This document shows positions 30,221-32,000 of a stretch of 32,000 bases of DNA, in pieces. How positions within the stretch are numbered: position 1 is the stretch's first letter; the number at the start of each line of letters is the position of its first letter. The position numbers were made by a program, and so were the translations under genes. The notes below the pieces were generated by a model, which searched no databases, was not told where the DNA came from, and saw only the letters and a program-made list of their open reading frames with translations. The stretch comes from Candidatus Saccharimonadota bacterium. Its GTDB lineage: Bacteria > Patescibacteriota > Gracilibacteria > UBA1369 > 2-02-FULL-48-14. The stretch covers positions 1,110,001 through 1,142,000 of the forward strand of contig OZ246396.1 of assembly GCA_965230905.1 (NCBI GenBank). The letters are read 5' to 3'.

Positions 30221-32000
30221 TATAATCTGTTCTTGTGCCTGGAGTCGAGTACTTTCTTAATACTGTGCACTTCGTGGTGCGCGTTGATTTTTTGGTAGAG
30301 CTGGTGAAGCAGTAGAAGCGTTTCGTGCGGCAATTCATGGAGCTTCTTGCCCTTTTCTTTGGACAGCAAATGGTTGATTTTATCGGCAATTTTTAGATCT
30401 AAGGTGGCTCGCAGCAATTCTCGGAATTGTTTTGGGAAGGTCGCCAGCAGGCTGAAGGTTTTGTTGAACCACTCGTGCGCCGGGTTGCTGAGCGCTTCCA
30501 CCAAAGGAGCGATGGTGCTGGCTTCTTCCATTTGTGCCAAGGCCAAGAGCGCGGTTTGCTTAACTTTTTCCGACGTATGGGTGAGGTGCCGCTTGAGCTC
30601 GTTTTTAAAGAAGGATTCTTTTATGGTTCCGCAGGCCTCGATCCCTTCACAGAGCACCGTTTCTTTAGGGCTGCTGAGCATTTGGCTCAGGTGGTGACGA
30701 AGTTCATTGCGAAGTGCTTTGAACTGCCAGAGGGCGATGATTGCAGCGGCTTTCACCTCCGGATCACGGTCGTCCAAATATTCTTCCAAATAGAATCGCA
30801 GATTGGAATCGTGGAAGAGGCGGAGCATGCGGATGAAGCGTGCCTTTTCTTTGGTTTCCTTTTGAATGGTTTCCATGAGGAATTCCGTCAGCGTCTCGGG
30901 AGCCAGGTTATAAAAAACATAAACCAATTCCTCTCGGATGGCTTCATTTTGTTCTTTGAGCAGGCGATCCTTCAAGCTTTCGATCACGCGGTAACGAGTG
31001 AAGGATTGTTCCATCAAGGTCTTTTTGAGTTTGTGGAAATGGCTGAGGGCTTGCGCAGCCGCCAGACGCAGGTGTTCGTTTTTGTGGCTGAGCATTTCGA
31101 GCACACTGGAAATGGATTCCGGATCCTCTTGTAGACCCAAGGTGCGCAAAATACTTTCCTTTAAAATCTCCGGTTCATTTTCCCGCTTCAGGATTTTTTG
31201 CAGAGCGCCGGTGGTTTTTTCGTGACCGTGCTGCGCCAAAATTTCAATGGCGTTCAAACGTGTGGGCAGGTCGAGTTTGTGGCTTAAATTGTGTTCGGAC
31301 ATCTGGGTATATTTTTTCCCCATTCCCCAGAGCAAGAAAGTCATCAAAATGCTCATTCCTATGAGTCCAAAGTTTAGAGCAAGGGTTTGTGGAGCTCCTT
31401 TCAAATTCACAGCCACCACAATCATGAGCAAGGTTCCGATCATGGCCCCCAGCGGTTTCATGATTCCTTGCATCCATTCTTTAACATCGCTTCGCACGTG
31501 ATGCGGGATTCCGTAGTACGAAGAATCGTAGGAATTTTTAAACAAAATACCGGTGAGCTCGTATCCTCCACGCGCCATGGCGGCACTGAAGAAGTTGAAA
31601 CGCAGGGTCATCCAAATTAGGTTGAAAAAAGTCACCAGCGGGTGCAGCAGCATGCTGGAGCTGACTCCCAAATAAGTCATGATGCGGCTGGCGAAAATCA
31701 GCTGCATGAAGAGAGCGGCGCTATTAAAAATCACGTGCAGCGTACCCAGTTTTTGTGCAATGAGGTTTTGATAATCTTCGTTCGTGCCTTCTTCGGCCAG
31801 AATCACTTCGCCGTCTTCATGGTGCACCAAGGTCGTTTCTTCCACAGAAAAAACGTCTTGTTGAATGGCTTTGGTGTACTGGAATTCCAAGACATTGATG
31901 ATGGCCCAGTGAAGCACCACCACCACCATTAAGGTTTTTAAGAAAGGAATTTTTTTAATCTCGGCAAAGTTTTCCCGGAGTTTTTTACTCTTCTTTTCTT
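30220..32000 (-). CDS. TLC/MFS-like permease (ATP:ADP antiporter-like) fused to a C-terminal HEAT-repeat domain; 5'-partial, running off the window
   Basis: The frame stays open to position 32000 upstream of the first Met in the track. KKSKKLRENFAEIKKIPFLKTLMVVVVLHWAIINVLEFQYTKAI resembles the central loop and TM7 of TLC-family carriers. About six TM helices follow. Then come HEAT-like repeats (LEMLSHKNEHLRLAAAQALSHF, LDDRDPEVKAAAIIALWQF, TSEKVKQTALLALAQM). The stop codon overlaps the phosphatase start (TAATG). Confidence 0.7.
   Translation of the reverse strand, partial: EKKSKKLRENFAEIKKIPFLKTLMVVVVLHWAIINVLEFQYTKAIQQDVFSVEETTLVHHEDGEVILAEEGTNEDYQNLIAQKLGTLHVIFNSAALFMQLIFASRIMTYLGVSSSMLLHPLVTFFNLIWMTLRFNFFSAAMARGGYELTGILFKNSYDSSYYGIPHHVRSDVKEWMQGIMKPLGAMIGTLLMIVVAVNLKGAPQTLALNFGLIGMSILMTFLLWGMGKKYTQMSEHNLSHKLDLPTRLNAIEILAQHGHEKTTGALQKILKRENEPEILKESILRTLGLQEDPESISSVLEMLSHKNEHLRLAAAQALSHFHKLKKTLMEQSFTRYRVIESLKDRLLKEQNEAIREELVYVFYNLAPETLTEFLMETIQKETKEKARFIRMLRLFHDSNLRFYLEEYLDDRDPEVKAAAIIALWQFKALRNELRHHLSQMLSSPKETVLCEGIEACGTIKESFFKNELKRHLTHTSEKVKQTALLALAQMEEASTIAPLVEALSNPAHEWFNKTFSLLATFPKQFRELLRATLDLKIADKINHLLSKEKGKKLHELPHETLLLLHQLYQKINAHHEVHSIKKVLDSRHKNRL

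Noticed and set aside
30427-31134. 235-aa plus-strand ORF
   Set aside because: It is antisense to the HEAT-repeat region of the permease fusion and has no motifs.
1-32000. CRISPR arrays, rRNA genes, transposases, integrases and known defence-system genes
   Set aside because: I found no regularly spaced direct repeats. No rRNA-like conserved blocks are present. No DDE transposase, tyrosine/serine recombinase or recognisable defence signature appears in any ORF.

Overview
This is a gene-dense bacterial chromosomal window with about 40 supportable CDS, 3 tRNAs, and no rRNA, CRISPR array, transposase or integrase. Most of it is about 50% GC by eye, but an AT-rich patch runs from about 3240 to 6000. 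Housekeeping genes are clear: dtd, glyQS, murC, cysS, yggT, an RluA-type pseudouridine synthase, an FtsB/DivIC-like protein, a DnaQ-like exonuclease, an LCP ligase, and tRNA-Leu(GAG), initiator tRNA-fMet and tRNA-Met(CAT). The accessory content hints at a Patescibacteria/CPR-like organism, but that is inference only. It includes multiple TrmB-like regulators, a sigma70-region-4 plus HARE-HTH protein, DUF3467 and DUF5679 small proteins, an orphan VirD4/TraD-like ATPase, acidic surface proteins, and starts with no Shine-Dalgarno motif. The most interesting locus is 25241-29085. A secreted PKD-domain protein with a 7TM C-terminus ending in -EE is translationally coupled (TAATG) to a 784-aa fusion. 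That fusion has a RimK-related ATP-grasp ligase, an apparently inactivated retropepsin-like (DUF785-type) segment, and a DUF1704 'QEGLA/HExxxH' domain, the fold family of eukaryotic MATCAP tyrosine carboxypeptidase. I read it as a candidate ligase-plus-carboxypeptidase system acting on a C-terminal peptide tail, attached to a membrane sensor. Secondary observations:
- A decayed island remnant bounded by a duplicated 3' end of tRNA-fMet, containing a VapC fragment.
- Three unusually long rod-like hairpins placed right at stop codons.
- A block dense in transcription factors surrounding one unknown 316-aa protein.
- An OmpR-type regulator with a degenerate receiver domain.
- A TLC-like transporter-HEAT fusion translationally coupled to a HAMP-PP2C phosphatase.
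All domain calls come from reading motifs by eye. No searches were run.
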